Shown here: positions 34,750 through 35,536 of the stretch, one piece after another | How the letters are laid out: each line of letters starts with the position of its first letter | Position numbering within the stretch: the first letter of the stretch is position 1 | From: Haliotis cracherodii | Lineage: Eukaryota | Direction of reading: 5' to 3' | Length of the DNA stretch: 35,536 nucleotides | Assembly: GCF_022045235.1 (NCBI RefSeq) | Contig: NW_027266267.1 | Span: 26,908,001 to 26,943,536, forward strand | Notes under the pieces: model-generated | What the model saw: only the letters and a program-made list of their open reading frames with translations | Databases searched by the model: none | Told to the model about the DNA's origin: nothing | Program-made: the position numbers and the translations under genes

Positions 34750-35059
34750 CCAGTCCAACATATATACCAATCACCTACTCATTACTATCTCATGTTGATG
34801 GAACATTATGAGCAAACGTAGCCCTGATCAAGAAAAGATCAATTTCCTTTTCGTTTTCGTTTCTTTTAACGAGAAGCTACAAAATCTCACGTACGTACAA
34901 TGCATAAAAAAATGAACCGTACTGCCTAAAGCACATGTGTCATGTTCATTAAAGGATAAACTACATCAGTAAGTATACCCTTTTGATCTTAATTTCATTA
35001 AGTGTCTTTAATGTCACCGTGTTCTATCATCAAGGGATATGATAGGGAGAAAGGACAAA

Positions 35060-35315
35060 GGTTGGTTGGTTGGTTGGTTGTTTAACGCCGCACTCAGCAA
35101 TATTCCAGCTATATGACGGCGGTCTGTAAATAATCCAGTCTGGACCAGACAATCCAGTGATTAATATCATGAGCATCGATCCACGCAATTGGGACCGATG
35201 ACATGCATCAAGCAAGTCAGCGAGCCTGACCACCCAATCCCGTTAGTCGCCTTTCACGTCAAGCATAGTCACCTTTTACGACAAGCATGGGCTGCTGAAG
35301 ACCTGTTCTACTCCG
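35060..35315 (-). mobile_element. SINE family A near-full-length copy
   Basis: Reverse complement of family A with an (AACC)n tail. Confidence 0.85.
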
Positions 35316-35536
35316 AATAATGTCATTAGGAGGATGATACTGTAACAACATGATGGACAGAGAACACATGATGAGGTAGCCAGTTCAATAGGACTAAGTA
35401 TACATAAGTCAGGTGATAAATGCTGAATGAGTTCATAGTAGCTGGATGGGATGAAGGCACTCGAGGCTGATACAGCACTCACAACACATCAACTTCACTG
35501 TTAACAAAACGACCCAGCATTTACACAAAAGCTTCA

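Noticed and set aside
35320-35500. Minus-strand leader-like ORF (MNSFSIYHLTYVYLVLLNWLP...)
   Set aside because: Weak splice donor, no downstream exon found, at the window edge; unsupported.

Overview
AT-rich eukaryotic genomic DNA with GT-AG introns, tRNA-derived SINEs and satellites. The SINE sequences resemble mollusc/abalone-type repeats (recalled from memory, not searched). The window holds a small immunoglobulin-superfamily (IgSF) cluster. (1) Gene 1 is a minus-strand type I membrane receptor (16186->6897): signal peptide, 5 Ig exons built from a tandem duplication of an exon pair, TM, and a Tyr-motif tail ending VYTEVRKT. Its second Ig exon carries a 10-nt frameshifting deletion. (2) Gene 2 is an intact plus-strand gene (27949->30937): signal peptide, V-like Ig, second Ig, Thr-rich linker, FN3, then a TAG placed just before a hydrophobic GPI/TM-like tail. 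(3) A head-to-head pseudogene copy of gene 2 (24705->23602) keeps the V-like exon but has lost the Ig2/linker/FN3 exons. Gene 2 and its pseudogene lie in the arms of a ~14.4 kb inverted duplication (arms ~19180-25460 and ~27450-33558) with patchy identity suggestive of gene conversion. Also present: a 4.4 kb 61-bp satellite with higher-order structure, 86-bp and 27-bp minisatellites, nested SINEs, a pogo-type MITE and a Helentron-like element. All gene models were built by eye from splice signals and reading phase, with no transcript evidence.
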